Assembly (NCBI GenBank): GCA_027452005.1
Contig: DAIDHF010000002.1
Coordinates: 661-64,660, forward strand
DNA: 64,000 nt
Direction of reading: 5' to 3'
From: Acidimicrobiales bacterium
GTDB lineage: Bacteria; Actinomycetota; Acidimicrobiia; Acidimicrobiales; JAKAVM01
This document shows positions 47,893 to 57,310 of the stretch, in pieces (position 1 is the first letter of the stretch; every line of letters starts with the position of its first letter). Under the pieces are notes generated by a model. It saw nothing but the letters and a program-made list of their open reading frames with translations. It did no database searches and was not told where the DNA came from. The position numbers and the translations under genes were made by a program.

Positions 47893-49080
47893 TCAAAGAC
47901 GAGGCATCAATTGAGACCGGGCATCCGGGTTTACACACAGGTCATAAGCGGTCCAGGCCAGGGCGATGGCCCCGTCAATAACCGCCCGGTCTCCTGCGGG
48001 GGAAATGGCCACGTCAGCAAACTCCGCCTGATGGTTGACGATCGGTAGACAGTCCAGGGAGATCATTGGATGAATTGACGGAATAACCTTAGATATGTTT
48101 GCCATGTCTGTTGACATCGGGGTGGATACAACATCAGGGAAAGACCGTCCAAGTCCCTCAGCGTTGCGTCGATAGAGGTCTTGAAAAACCGGGTCTTCTC
48201 GAAATTCACTGTAATTAGGTCCGAGATAGTCCATGGAATATGAAGCGCCGCTAGCCAAGGCTCCGGCCTGAAAGCACCTGACAACTCGGGGCTCAATTTG
48301 GCCTAGTTCCTCTAATGTTGGTGTCCTCACGAAGTACTCGGCCTGGCAAAAATCGGGAATGATATTTGCCGCCGTGCCGCCCCGGCGAACAATTCCGTGA
48401 ATCCTGGTCGTGGTCGGGAGTTGCTGGCGCAACAACCCAATAGCTACCTGAGAGATCGTGTGGGCGTCGAGGGCGTTGATCCCCTCGTGGGGAAATCCCG
48501 AGGCGTGAGCAGCCTTGCCCTCAAAGGAGACCTTAAAATGTGACACGGCCAAACAGGCCAGTTGAACCTGCTCGGTTGGTCCCGGGTGCACCATCATGGC
48601 AAGGTCGATATCGTCAAACACCCCGGCGTCCATAAGTAAGATCTTTCCCCCTCCACCCTCTTCGGCTGGGGTCCCGATGACCTTTACCGTGGCCCCGATG
48701 TCGTCGGCAAGACCCTTTAGGGCAACCCCGGCACCTAGGGCGCTTGCCGCAATTATGTTGTGCCCACAGGCATGTCCAACCCCTGGCAGGGCATCGTACT
48801 CAGCACAGATCCCAACAGTTACAGGGCCAGTTCCATAGGTAGCCACAAAGGCAGTTGGCAGTCCCCCAACTCCCAACTCAAGCTCCATTCCAAGATCGGA
48901 GAGTTCTTGACATAGCCACCTAGATGCCTTGACCTCCTCGAAGCATAACTCGGGGTTGGCATGAATTCTATGGCTTACATCGATCAAGGTTCCTTCTATG
49001 GACCTCACCCGTGTTGCCAATGCGGTCTTGGCTGAACTTTCAGTATCCTCGGCTCTGTCGGTCATTTTCTGGGCTCCCAC
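47893..49080 (-). CDS. M20-family amidohydrolase/peptidase (AbgB/hippurate-hydrolase-like)
   Basis: 395-aa ORF with HRIHANPELCFEE and AEYDALPGVGHACGHNIIAA, plus the dimerisation-domain pattern. Confidence 0.8.
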   Translation of the reverse strand: MGAQKMTDRAEDTESSAKTALATRVRSIEGTLIDVSHRIHANPELCFEEVKASRWLCQELSDLGMELELGVGGLPTAFVATYGTGPVTVGICAEYDALPGVGHACGHNIIAASALGAGVALKGLADDIGATVKVIGTPAEEGGGGKILLMDAGVFDDIDLAMMVHPGPTEQVQLACLAVSHFKVSFEGKAAHASGFPHEGINALDAHTISQVAIGLLRQQLPTTTRIHGIVRRGGTAANIIPDFCQAEYFVRTPTLEELGQIEPRVVRCFQAGALASGASYSMDYLGPNYSEFREDPVFQDLYRRNAEGLGRSFPDVVSTPMSTDMANISKVIPSIHPMISLDCLPIVNHQAEFADVAISPAGDRAVIDGAIALAWTAYDLCVNPDARSQLMPRL

Positions 49081-49826
49081 CTAAAACGTCGTATCGCAAT
49101 CCACAGGGAAACAATCGACCAGATTATTACGACCGAAAACTCTCGAAAGGTTATTCCAAATCCCGGTCCATACCCAGCAAAGGTCGCCAAGAGGGACTGG
49201 GCAAAATGGTTAACCGGGAATACGTTGCCTATTTTATGCAGTATCGACGTGTTGGAGATTGGAAAGAACACCCCCGAGATAAATATGATCGGTAGGTAGA
49301 TCCCGTTAACAATTGCCGGGGCCGAGTCGGCATTAGGGACGAAGATGGTAACGGCCAGCCCCATGGTGCAAAACGCAACTACCCCGATCAAGATGACAAC
49401 AACAAATGCAGCCGGGTGAGTGGGCATAGATACCCCAAACTCAGCAATCCCAATTGTGACCACTATTACAGTAGTGAGTATGGAGATTAACACCGAGTTC
49501 CCTATTACTCCCCCCAGGAAGATATACGGGGGAAGTGGCGTACCTTTGATCCGTTTGAGAATTCCTGACTCGCGCCTTATTGTCATGGCAATTGCCAGGG
49601 CTGTAAAACAGGAGTTCATCAGGCCATAGGCCAACATGGCTGGGACAAGATACTGATCGTAACTAACCCCGGGATTTCCGGTTACGTGGGTGGAGTGATT
49701 TGTTGACCCGAAGATGAGCAGGAACATGATTGGAAATCCGACCGTAAAGATTCCGGCCGCCGGATTTCTCCAAAAGGCCTTCTGTTCATAACGTACCTGG
49801 CTTGCCAGTAACCGAGCGTTCCTCAT
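49062..49826 (-). CDS. ABC-2-type transporter permease
   Basis: 254-aa ORF with 6 TM helices. It overlaps the upstream ATPase gene stop by 4 nt. Confidence 0.75.
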   Translation of the reverse strand: MRNARLLASQVRYEQKAFWRNPAAGIFTVGFPIMFLLIFGSTNHSTHVTGNPGVSYDQYLVPAMLAYGLMNSCFTALAIAMTIRRESGILKRIKGTPLPPYIFLGGVIGNSVLISILTTVIVVTIGIAEFGVSMPTHPAAFVVVILIGVVAFCTMGLAVTIFVPNADSAPAIVNGIYLPIIFISGVFFPISNTSILHKIGNVFPVNHFAQSLLATFAGYGPGFGITFREFSVVIIWSIVSLWIAIRRFRWEPRK

Positions 49827-50761
49827 AGGGCCTCAGAATCTCGGGTTATTCGCAGGTACATGTCTTCTAGACTCGGCTGTGACACGTTCAGGTTCCCCGG
49901 ACTAATACCAGACCCTAACCACCACTTTGTTAGCTCACTTAGGTCCTCCACCGGAGAGGTCGACTCAATTGTTACCAACGACATGTTCTCCCGAGATTCT
50001 ACCGTGTGGGTAACCGGACACCGCTCAAGATCGGCGGTCGAGGAAATCGAAAACGTAATTTGGGTAGCAGCACTGTCTCGCCCTCCCAGGGTTTCAGGGG
50101 TTCCTTGAGCTACAATCTGTCCCTTGGCGATAATCACCACTTTGTCGGCCAGGTTCTGGGCCTCATCCATGTAGTGTGTGGTGAGAAGCACGGTCCTACC
50201 CTGGCTACACAGGGTCCTGATGATATCCCAACTCTCATGTCTGGCTGACGGGTCAAAGCCAGTCGTGGGTTCGTCTAAAAAGATTACCTCCGGGTTTCCA
50301 ACCAGGGCCAGGGCCAGGTCAAGTCTTCTCTGAAGTCCCCCAGAGAGTCGCTTTACCTTTTCGTTACGCTTGTCGACTAGGCCGGTCAACTCCAGAATCT
50401 CGTCGACGTCAAGGGGTCTTGAATAAAACGTGACCCTCTGTCTGAGCACTTCGACCACTCTTAGAAAGGGGTCGATAGAACACTCTTGTAAGACAATCCC
50501 TACGCGCTCTTTATAACGTGATCCACCTCTCTCGGGATCTTCCCCGAGTATCTCTACGGTCCCTGCTGACTTTTTCCGGTAACCCTCTAGAATCTCAACC
50601 GTGGTCGTCTTCCCTGCGCCGTTTGGCCCCAGTAGGGCTAGCACCTCTCCGGTCTTGACTGTAAAGTCAATACCCTTGAGAGCTTCGAGGTCTCCGTAGG
50701 ACTTACGAAGTCCCGAAACCACAATTGCATTATCCACCAGTAACCGCTCCCAAACTCGCAA
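49823..50761 (-). CDS. ABC transporter ATP-binding protein (DrrA-like)
   Basis: It has Walker A GPNGAGKTTT, signature LSGGLQRRL and Walker B VIFLDEPTTG. The start is uncertain: TTG at 50761 or GTG at 50737. Confidence 0.85.
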   Translation of the reverse strand: MRVWERLLVDNAIVVSGLRKSYGDLEALKGIDFTVKTGEVLALLGPNGAGKTTTVEILEGYRKKSAGTVEILGEDPERGGSRYKERVGIVLQECSIDPFLRVVEVLRQRVTFYSRPLDVDEILELTGLVDKRNEKVKRLSGGLQRRLDLALALVGNPEVIFLDEPTTGFDPSARHESWDIIRTLCSQGRTVLLTTHYMDEAQNLADKVVIIAKGQIVAQGTPETLGGRDSAATQITFSISSTADLERCPVTHTVESRENMSLVTIESTSPVEDLSELTKWWLGSGISPGNLNVSQPSLEDMYLRITRDSEAL

Positions 50762-50929
50762 ACATATCTGGGTTTGAGCCCAACAAGATCATCCCAAGAG
50801 CATAGTTGAATGCTTGAAATGGTACACTTACATTCCGGTATCAAAGGATGTGGTTATTAGCTGTTTGACCTGAGCTTTTCCTTTACGGCGTTTCCGTAAT
50901 AAGATTGGGCCACAAATAAAGTATATTCC

Positions 50930-51002
50930 GGGGACGTAGCTCAGCTGGTAGAGCACCTGGTTTGCAACCAGGGGGTCGGCGGTTCGAGTCCGCTCGTCTC
51001 CA
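50930..51002 (+). tRNA. tRNA-Ala (anticodon UGC)
   Basis: A cloverleaf was folded by hand:
- acceptor GGGGACG/CGTCTCC with the G3:U70 alanine identity pair
- D arm GCTC/GAGC
- anticodon arm CCTGG-TTTGCAA-CCAGG
- T arm GGCGG-TTCGAGT-CCGCT
CCA is not encoded. Confidence 0.95.
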
Positions 51003-51267
51003 CAGACTCCGTCACCTGCGGATTCATCCGGGGCTGAAGTGACTAAATACGAACCGAGCGCGCCGACATCGGCGACAATCGGCCCGTTTACTTGGAGTCT
51101 TCCCGGCCTTGGTATTCGTCGTGGTAACGTGTGCTCCCCAGTGCGGCGCCCCCTCGGTGATGCTCAGGTATGTCATGAAGTGGTCTGGCGCCGACTTCAA
51201 CAATGACCTTGCCCATCGGTAACTCCGATCTTCCTTTAGGACTTTGGCCAATTGCTCTTCCGAGGGA

Positions 51268-51700
51268 ACCAACACGGAGTAGCGACTGGATTGCTCGCCT
51301 CTCGTTCATCGCCTTTTATGCCTCGCCAATACCGTTGAGGTCGGTCTCGATGTCAAGGAGTAGGCCGGGGTTGATCAGCCCTTCTAGCACGTCGGGCAAG
51401 AGGTCGGGGATGTAGAGCCGGGAGGGAGCCGGACCGCCGCGTTCCTCGGTGATGTCTGTGGCGCCGAAGCCGACCGCCACTCGCTGGCGCTCCGGGTGTC
51501 GGCCGAAGGCGATCATCCGCGGTGCGCCCAGTCGCTTCGAGGCGTGCGACGTGTCGCCCCAGTAGAACCAGAGGTCTGATCCGCAGACGCAAGCCAGAAC
51601 GACGCACTACCGCATCGGTGGGAGCATGTATTACCGGATCTGGCCGCGCCCCTATCTCGACAGAGCCAGGGTCCCGGAATATCGCCGCTCTCAGTAGATT
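51268..51700 (-). pseudogene. Zinc-type alcohol dehydrogenase relic (about 600 nt deleted, frameshifted, internal stops)
   Basis: Fragments occupy three frames.
- N-terminus: LLRAAIFRDPGSVEIGARPDPVIHAPTDAVVR
- my translation: VVLACVCGSDLWFYWG...FGRHPE, the Zn-ADH CGSD...GHE region, then directly ...GGPAPSRLYIPDLLPDVLEGLINPGLLLDIETDLNGIGEA and a stop
- then (Y)KAMNERRAIQSLLRV, the typical MDR C-terminus
The Rossmann domain is absent. Confidence 0.7.
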
Positions 51701-51817
51701 GTGTGACTCCTTAATTCGTTTCTTCTCTTTAGAACCTTGAGTCCATCGAACCAGAGCAAAATATAAAAGCAGGATCGAATTTGGCATAAGGGCACTCCCT
51801 CGTACATCATTGACCAG

Positions 51818-52717
51818 ATGACCGCACAACATGGGATCTTCGCTATCGGGGCATCTGAGCACGCTTATGTTGAATTCGACCTGGTTTCCGGTGCTGAAGT
51901 GAGGTCTCTAGTTTCTTCGCTGGTCAGACTTCTTGGACCGGAATCTCCCCTAACCGGGGTGGGCGCTGTCGTTGGTTTCAGGCCCGAGCTGTGGTCGACG
52001 TTAGCCCCTGGTGCCTCCCCACCCGATGCTCGCTCGTTCTACGAGGTAGTCGGACCGGACTTGGTCATGCCAGCCACTCAACATGATGCCTGGCTATGGG
52101 TTGCAGGTGCTTCGCGCAGCGCTACCTTCGACGCTGTCTCGTCCGCTATCTGGGGACTGGCCGGTACGGCCTCCGTGGCAAGTGAGATCGACGGGTGGGT
52201 TTACCAGGCAAACCGCGACCTGACCGGGTTTATCGACGGTACCGAAAATCCTTCCGTGCTCCAAGCTGCAAGTGTCGCAGTTCAATGTGAACCCTCTCCT
52301 GCGGCAGGTAGCAGTGTTGTTTTGTACCAAAGGTGGCAACATCTAAATTCATTTGCTTCCTTGGACCGCGCATCGCAGGAGCGAATAATCGGCAGAACTA
52401 AACAGAACAGTATTGAATTAGAGGACCATGAGATGCCAGCCGATTCCCACGTACGGCGTAACGTCATCGAGGTAGACGGACAAGAACTCGCAATCTACAG
52501 GCGCAACACTTCCTATGGACATCTCTCCAATCACGGGACATTATTCGTGGGATTTTGTGCCACTCTCAAACCGTTGCAGATGATGCTTGAAAGCATGGCG
52601 GGAACAGTCGATGGAGTTCGTGACGCACTTACTCGCCACACGACCCCCCTAAGCGGGGCATACTACGTGGTACCTTCAGTAGAATCTCTTAGCCTTTTCT
52701 TGCCACATTCAGTTTGA
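51818..52717 (+). CDS. Dye-decolorising (DyP-type) peroxidase
   Basis: 299-aa ORF with the DyP GxxDG motif in DLTGFIDGTENP and a proximal-His region, PADSHVRRN. Confidence 0.85.
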   Translation: MTAQHGIFAIGASEHAYVEFDLVSGAEVRSLVSSLVRLLGPESPLTGVGAVVGFRPELWSTLAPGASPPDARSFYEVVGPDLVMPATQHDAWLWVAGASRSATFDAVSSAIWGLAGTASVASEIDGWVYQANRDLTGFIDGTENPSVLQAASVAVQCEPSPAAGSSVVLYQRWQHLNSFASLDRASQERIIGRTKQNSIELEDHEMPADSHVRRNVIEVDGQELAIYRRNTSYGHLSNHGTLFVGFCATLKPLQMMLESMAGTVDGVRDALTRHTTPLSGAYYVVPSVESLSLFLPHSV

Positions 52718-52788
52718 AGATATTAGACGGGCCAAGACCCTAAGAAGAGTTTAAGCCATCTCCCCACTTCTACAATTGTAAGGTCACT

Positions 52789-53526
52789 GTGACTAGGCCC
52801 GAGGAATTGTCCTCATCGTGCACCATCGACTACAATTCCTCGATGGAGGACGATTTTTTTGGTGACTCGACCCTAGATGGCGCACTCGGGCCTGGGGAAA
52901 ACACAAAGCTTAGAAGACTACCTGATCGCGCCAAGTACGACCGTTCCTCGATCTTTTCAATCTTAGATAGAGGTATTGTTTGCCACGTAGGATTTTCGAG
53001 TAACGGTCAGACATTTGTAATTCCTACCGCATACGCACGAGACGAGTCTGCATTAGTATTGCATGGAGCACCAGCGAGTCATGCCATGAACTCAATTGTC
53101 AACGGACAACTCGTATGTGTAACCGTAACTATCGTTGAAGGACTAGTCCTTTCTAGGGCTTCATTTCACCACTCACTCAACTACAGCTCAGTAGTTCTTT
53201 TTGGACCGGCACATGAGGTGACTGATTTAGAGGAAAAAGAACGATCGCTTACCTTATTTGTTGACCAGGTAATACCTGGACGTTCCGCCGATGCCAGACC
53301 ACCAAGTCCCAAGGAGTTACGCGCTACACGGGTAGTCAGAGTCGATATTACAGAGGCTTCAGCGAAGATTAGGTCCGGTGGCCCCAACGAGGACGAAGGG
53401 GACTTAGACCGACACATCTGGGCCGGCCATATTCCCATTAGAATGCAACTTGGTGACCCGGTGCTGGACAACAGGGGAAACGTGGACCATGAACTACCAG
53501 ACTATATAGAGAACTTTGCTTTCTGA
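52789..53526 (+). CDS. Pyridoxamine 5'-phosphate oxidase-like (FMN-binding split barrel) family protein
   Basis: 245-aa ORF. LPDRAKYDRSSIFSILDRGIVCHVGFSSNGQTFVIPTAYARDESALVLHGAPASH fits the Pyridox_ox_2-type fold. The start may be the internal Met (MEDDFF...). Confidence 0.65.
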   Translation: MTRPEELSSSCTIDYNSSMEDDFFGDSTLDGALGPGENTKLRRLPDRAKYDRSSIFSILDRGIVCHVGFSSNGQTFVIPTAYARDESALVLHGAPASHAMNSIVNGQLVCVTVTIVEGLVLSRASFHHSLNYSSVVLFGPAHEVTDLEEKERSLTLFVDQVIPGRSADARPPSPKELRATRVVRVDITEASAKIRSGGPNEDEGDLDRHIWAGHIPIRMQLGDPVLDNRGNVDHELPDYIENFAF

Positions 53527-53587
53527 GAGATCTGGGAGTTGCAAGACTGCAGTTTTTTTGGTCCCGACAATCAATTCGGTAGGTTAA

Positions 53588-54154
53588 GTGTTTGTACTAG
53601 GTAAACTCAATGAGAAACCTTTAGAGAAAGTATTGGCTAAGGCCCGATCAAACCCCCTGAGCTACCATGAGATCGGCCAATCCACCGAGGATCATCTCCC
53701 TAATGGTTACTACCACATTGAGGTTCGAACACAGGTCGGAGATGGCTCTGACTTTGATCGGGCAAAGGCCGGGCTGAAATCTTGGGCCGTCCAACATGGT
53801 GCCGGGGCCAAAGTGTTTCCTGATATTGAAGTTTCACAAGACGCCACGATTTTAGTGATCTTGGGCTTGTTCCCAGTGTATTTTATCGCACCATGCCGGG
53901 TCGTGAGGATTGTAGATACACCGGACCGGTATGGGTTTGCATACGGCACCATAGTAGGGCATCTCGAATCGGGCGAGGAGCTTTTCTTGGTCGAACGAAG
54001 TGGCGATAGGACTTATTTTCTGGTTAGGGCATTCTCCAGGCCGGGAAATGTTTTAGTAAGGCTGACTGGTCCCATCTCTCGGGCCGTACAAAAGTACTTT
54101 ACACGCCGGTACGTGAGGGCAATGATAAACCTTGTTTCCCGAGACGGGCTATAA
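53588..54154 (+). CDS. DUF1990-family protein
   Basis: 188-aa ORF. LSYHEIGQS...LPNGYYHIE...GDGSDFDRAKAGLKSWAV and FAYGTIVGHLESGEELF match my memory of the DUF1990 pattern. Not verified. Confidence 0.5.
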   Translation: MFVLGKLNEKPLEKVLAKARSNPLSYHEIGQSTEDHLPNGYYHIEVRTQVGDGSDFDRAKAGLKSWAVQHGAGAKVFPDIEVSQDATILVILGLFPVYFIAPCRVVRIVDTPDRYGFAYGTIVGHLESGEELFLVERSGDRTYFLVRAFSRPGNVLVRLTGPISRAVQKYFTRRYVRAMINLVSRDGL

Positions 54155-55540
54155 CTTACACTGCTCGGTCGAACCCGGGAGCTTGTGTCTGAACTTGACT
54201 AGAAAACTATAGCCAAGTTTACTTATCCAGCTTGTCGGAGGATACATAAACAAGACTCCGACTAACCTTCGAAAGCCTCCCCCGGCTCTAAGGGCCCTAC
54301 CAATGGCCAAGTGTCCACGAAAGCGATTGCCGGCGCGGTCTATCCACCACGCCGCGCTCGTGACATCGGCAGTTGTTAGTCCGAGGCCCGTCAGTTCTCG
54401 TGGGCTAAGTGATTGGTAGGAGACCACTTGTTGCCTAGACTGGAACTTGGTATTCGCCCACTTAGCACTAGCAGTACAAAATCCGCAGTCCCCGTCAAAT
54501 ATTAGGAGTTCACCTCCTAGCGTTAGATTGTTTGATCTGGGCTCTTTATCTGATAGGTCCGCGGATAACTGTTTGGGCTGACCGATCTTACTCTCAGCAC
54601 TGAACCATCGCAGATCGTCAAGCCTATAGCGAACCTGAGAAGGCAACCTACTTACGATATTGTGCTCGGAAAACTCTATTGCCGGAATTAGGTCGTCGTC
54701 TAGGAAGTCTGGTGCACACGTAGCCTCAATAACTTCTTCTCGAAGTATTCTGACTTGTGCTTGGGAGATCAGTGGCACGGTCATAGCCAGTTCGCTAACC
54801 TTTGCCAAGAGGTAGTGAAAGATAATCGGGACTCTTATAAATGGCCTTCTCACTGAGGTTGCCCTGGCAACCAATCGTGCCGCCTGGTCAAAGCCGAGCT
54901 CACTTGGACCGACCAGGCCGAGGGTTCTCATGGAGTTTCTCCCGCCGACAATTGAGGCAATGATTACGGCAACAAGATCCTCTACCGCAAGTGGCCTCAC
55001 TTGCCGGTCCCCAATACCAAGATAGACAGGGAATGTCCTCAACGCTCGTGAGAGATGATCTAACATATGGTCACCCGTCCCAAACATCATTCCTGGTTTC
55101 AAGATTGTCCAGTCCAGCTTAGAGCCACGAATAATCTCCTCTGCTGCCCACTTGGACTCGTGGTATCTCGATCCACAGTTAGGTCTTGCCCTCAAGAAAC
55201 TTATGAAGCATAACCTATCGACTTTGCACTTTTCCATGGCAAGTACTACGTTTCTAGTCCCACGAATATGAACCGAGTCATAGGTCTGATCTCCTATCTC
55301 CCGGTTTATCCCGGCACAGTGGACTACCGCGTTACATCCATCAAATGCGAGCGCTAGTTGGTCGATCTCGAAATCGGCCACTTGGCAAATCGTGATCCCA
55401 GGAAGATTTGAGACCCGACGGGACAAGTTCCTCTGATCAACCCCTCGGGAAATCCCAACTACCTCGTGGCCCTGAGCAAGCAACTCAAGGGCCAGGTTTC
55501 CACCTACAAATCCGCTATAGCCAGTAATGGCGACTTTCAA
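54149..55540 (-). CDS. Fusion protein: NAD(P)-binding SDR/NmrA-like domain plus C-terminal DCC-family thiol-disulfide oxidoreductase (DUF393)
   Basis: The Rossmann motif is KVAITGYSGFVGGNLALELLAQGHEVVG. The C-terminal about 120 aa carry the DCC motif LIFDGDCGFCTASAKW. A TTG start at 55540 lies 2 nt after the arsR-like stop. The ORF-track start at 55606 would overlap that gene by 65 nt. Confidence 0.7.
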   Translation of the reverse strand: MKVAITGYSGFVGGNLALELLAQGHEVVGISRGVDQRNLSRRVSNLPGITICQVADFEIDQLALAFDGCNAVVHCAGINREIGDQTYDSVHIRGTRNVVLAMEKCKVDRLCFISFLRARPNCGSRYHESKWAAEEIIRGSKLDWTILKPGMMFGTGDHMLDHLSRALRTFPVYLGIGDRQVRPLAVEDLVAVIIASIVGGRNSMRTLGLVGPSELGFDQAARLVARATSVRRPFIRVPIIFHYLLAKVSELAMTVPLISQAQVRILREEVIEATCAPDFLDDDLIPAIEFSEHNIVSRLPSQVRYRLDDLRWFSAESKIGQPKQLSADLSDKEPRSNNLTLGGELLIFDGDCGFCTASAKWANTKFQSRQQVVSYQSLSPRELTGLGLTTADVTSAAWWIDRAGNRFRGHLAIGRALRAGGGFRRLVGVLFMYPPTSWISKLGYSFLVKFRHKLPGSTEQCKL

Positions 55541-55541
55541 C

Positions 55542-55880
55542 TCACACCTTCTTTTTGGGTTTCTTAGTTGAACTTCCTCTAGTCGGGTCTGATTTCCTAA
55601 GTACAATCTGTGCAGGACAGATCGCCGAAAGGTAACTACCTACCGAGATCGCAAGTCGCTCCTCGACAATTGAGTAGAAGATCTTATTTGCATCTCTACG
55701 CTCCACGACTAAACCGGCATTCCGAAGAATTGAAAGGTGCCTCGAAATGGATGGTCCAGAAATCGAGAACTTCTCTACAATCTGGCCAGCAGTTAGCTCT
55801 CTGGAACTAAGTAGACGAAGTATCTCACGCCGGTGCGGGTCGGCCAAGGCCTTGAACACGCCAGACGAATCACTTTTCAT
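55542..55880 (-). CDS. ArsR/SmtB-family transcriptional regulator
   Basis: 112-aa ORF with FKALADPHRREILRLLSSRELTAGQIVEKFSISGPSISRHLSILRNAGLV, the canonical wHTH. Its ATG overlaps the MFS stop (ATGA). Confidence 0.85.
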   Translation of the reverse strand: MKSDSSGVFKALADPHRREILRLLSSRELTAGQIVEKFSISGPSISRHLSILRNAGLVVERRDANKIFYSIVEERLAISVGSYLSAICPAQIVLRKSDPTRGSSTKKPKKKV

Positions 55881-57154
55881 ATTTTTCTATTTAGCCATAT
55901 ATCTAAATACTTGTCAACTTTTCCGATTAGTCCCAGGGCGAGAATCGAAAACAGGACTGCCGGTATGATCACGAAAGACAAAGCCCCTCGATAACCAATA
56001 CTTTGAGCGACAAACCCGACTCCGGCCGGAAGAATTATGTCTGTAATCTTTACGATCCCGGTCAAGTGGGCGTTAGCACTGGACAGATGCTCTGTGGGGG
56101 TGTCCTGTGCAATCAGTGACAGGGACAGGGGGTAACTGATCCCGTGTCCAACCCCACAGACGAGCATTCCAACAATGAGGTAGTCCGACCCGTGAAGGAC
56201 GCACAGGACGAGTCCCAAAATGGAACTCCCACAACTGAGCTTCATCAATCGGGCCTTGTTGGAGATTGGGGAGTTCACCGCGATTGACAGCCTGATTAGA
56301 AAAGACACCAAATAAAACGCGGAGATGATTAGAGTAAATGACTTGATTCCGATTTTATCTTGAGTTACTCCAAGTAGAGCTCCGAAGGACACAATCGAGG
56401 TAAACACGACATCAAAGGCTAACTGTGAGTAAAGCACGGTCCTAAAGGAGTGGTCTCTAAGTTGTTGGAAGGTACCTCGATATGAAAGAACCCGGACATC
56501 TTGAGTGTCGTCGGCCGGTCCATCGAGCTGGAATGCTGCAACCTGGCTATCTGGCTCGCCGTCCAAGGACCGCCTCCAACTAGGTGCGGTTATAGCCACG
56601 GCCAACAACCCGACTATTGGCCACGGGGCAAACACCCAAAAAGCAACACGAAGTGAGCTACCAGCCAGGGCCAAGACCGCGGATTCGACCAGGGGGCCAA
56701 TCAAGAGCGACAGGCTTAGAGAGACCGTGTAACGGGTTACCGATCGCTCAACTCCCCCCGGGCCGGTCTTGCCTGCCAGGGTCATGAGGGCGGGAAAGGA
56801 TAACCCTCCCCCTGCTCCAATTGCCATGGCAGCCAAAAGGTAGGTTACATCGGTGCCAGCCAGGGCAAACAGGCCATATCCGACCCCAAAGAATGCCAGC
56901 CCCAGCGCGAGAGCCCAGATTAGAGCCTCTCCCGAGAGTCGAGAGGAAAGATTCAGAGAGACCAATGAGTAGATAACACCCGAACCGGCTACCGTTAGCC
57001 CAATTGCCCCAGGCCGCATCGAGAGCAACTTGGCCCCGAGGAGGGGAAATGTTACCAGGGCGACATTCTGTGAAGAACGTGTGAGAAAAGTTACGGACAG
57101 AAGCGATACTGTGGACTTCCAGGTTCCTGACCCGGTATTTGATTTTGCGATCAA
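55877..57154 (-). CDS. MFS transporter
   Basis: 425-aa ORF with about 12 TM helices in a 6+6 arrangement and a central hydrophilic loop (SWRRSLDGEPDSQVAAFQLDGPADD). Confidence 0.7.
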   Translation of the reverse strand: MIAKSNTGSGTWKSTVSLLSVTFLTRSSQNVALVTFPLLGAKLLSMRPGAIGLTVAGSGVIYSLVSLNLSSRLSGEALIWALALGLAFFGVGYGLFALAGTDVTYLLAAMAIGAGGGLSFPALMTLAGKTGPGGVERSVTRYTVSLSLSLLIGPLVESAVLALAGSSLRVAFWVFAPWPIVGLLAVAITAPSWRRSLDGEPDSQVAAFQLDGPADDTQDVRVLSYRGTFQQLRDHSFRTVLYSQLAFDVVFTSIVSFGALLGVTQDKIGIKSFTLIISAFYLVSFLIRLSIAVNSPISNKARLMKLSCGSSILGLVLCVLHGSDYLIVGMLVCGVGHGISYPLSLSLIAQDTPTEHLSSANAHLTGIVKITDIILPAGVGFVAQSIGYRGALSFVIIPAVLFSILALGLIGKVDKYLDIWLNRKI

Positions 57155-57310
57155 CGGCGAATTAATCTAAATACACGGTTCACAAGGGATTACCTTAGCG
57201 CAAAATCCCAAGTGTCCGTAATAGTTTTTGCAGTGAGTAGCAGTTCATATTCAATTACGAGGGGTAATTTTAGGACCGTTGCTCTACAGAGGGAAGTATC
57301 GCGTACAGCT

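Noticed and set aside
51024-51275. 83-aa ORF directly 3' of tRNA-Ala
   Set aside because: I recognise no motif. It overlaps the tail of the ADH relic in another frame. It is possibly real, but I cannot support it.
51353-51862. 169-aa minus-strand ORF overlapping the DyP start
   Set aside because: It is a composite. Only about 35 codons (LLRAAIFRDPGSVEIGARPDPVIHAPTDAVVR) are a genuine ADH N-terminal relic. The rest is Arg-rich out-of-frame sequence.
53539-53559. Intrinsic terminator after the PNPOx-like gene (TGCA-agac-TGCA followed by T7)
   Set aside because: The T-run is good but the stem is only 4 bp, which is too weak to annotate.
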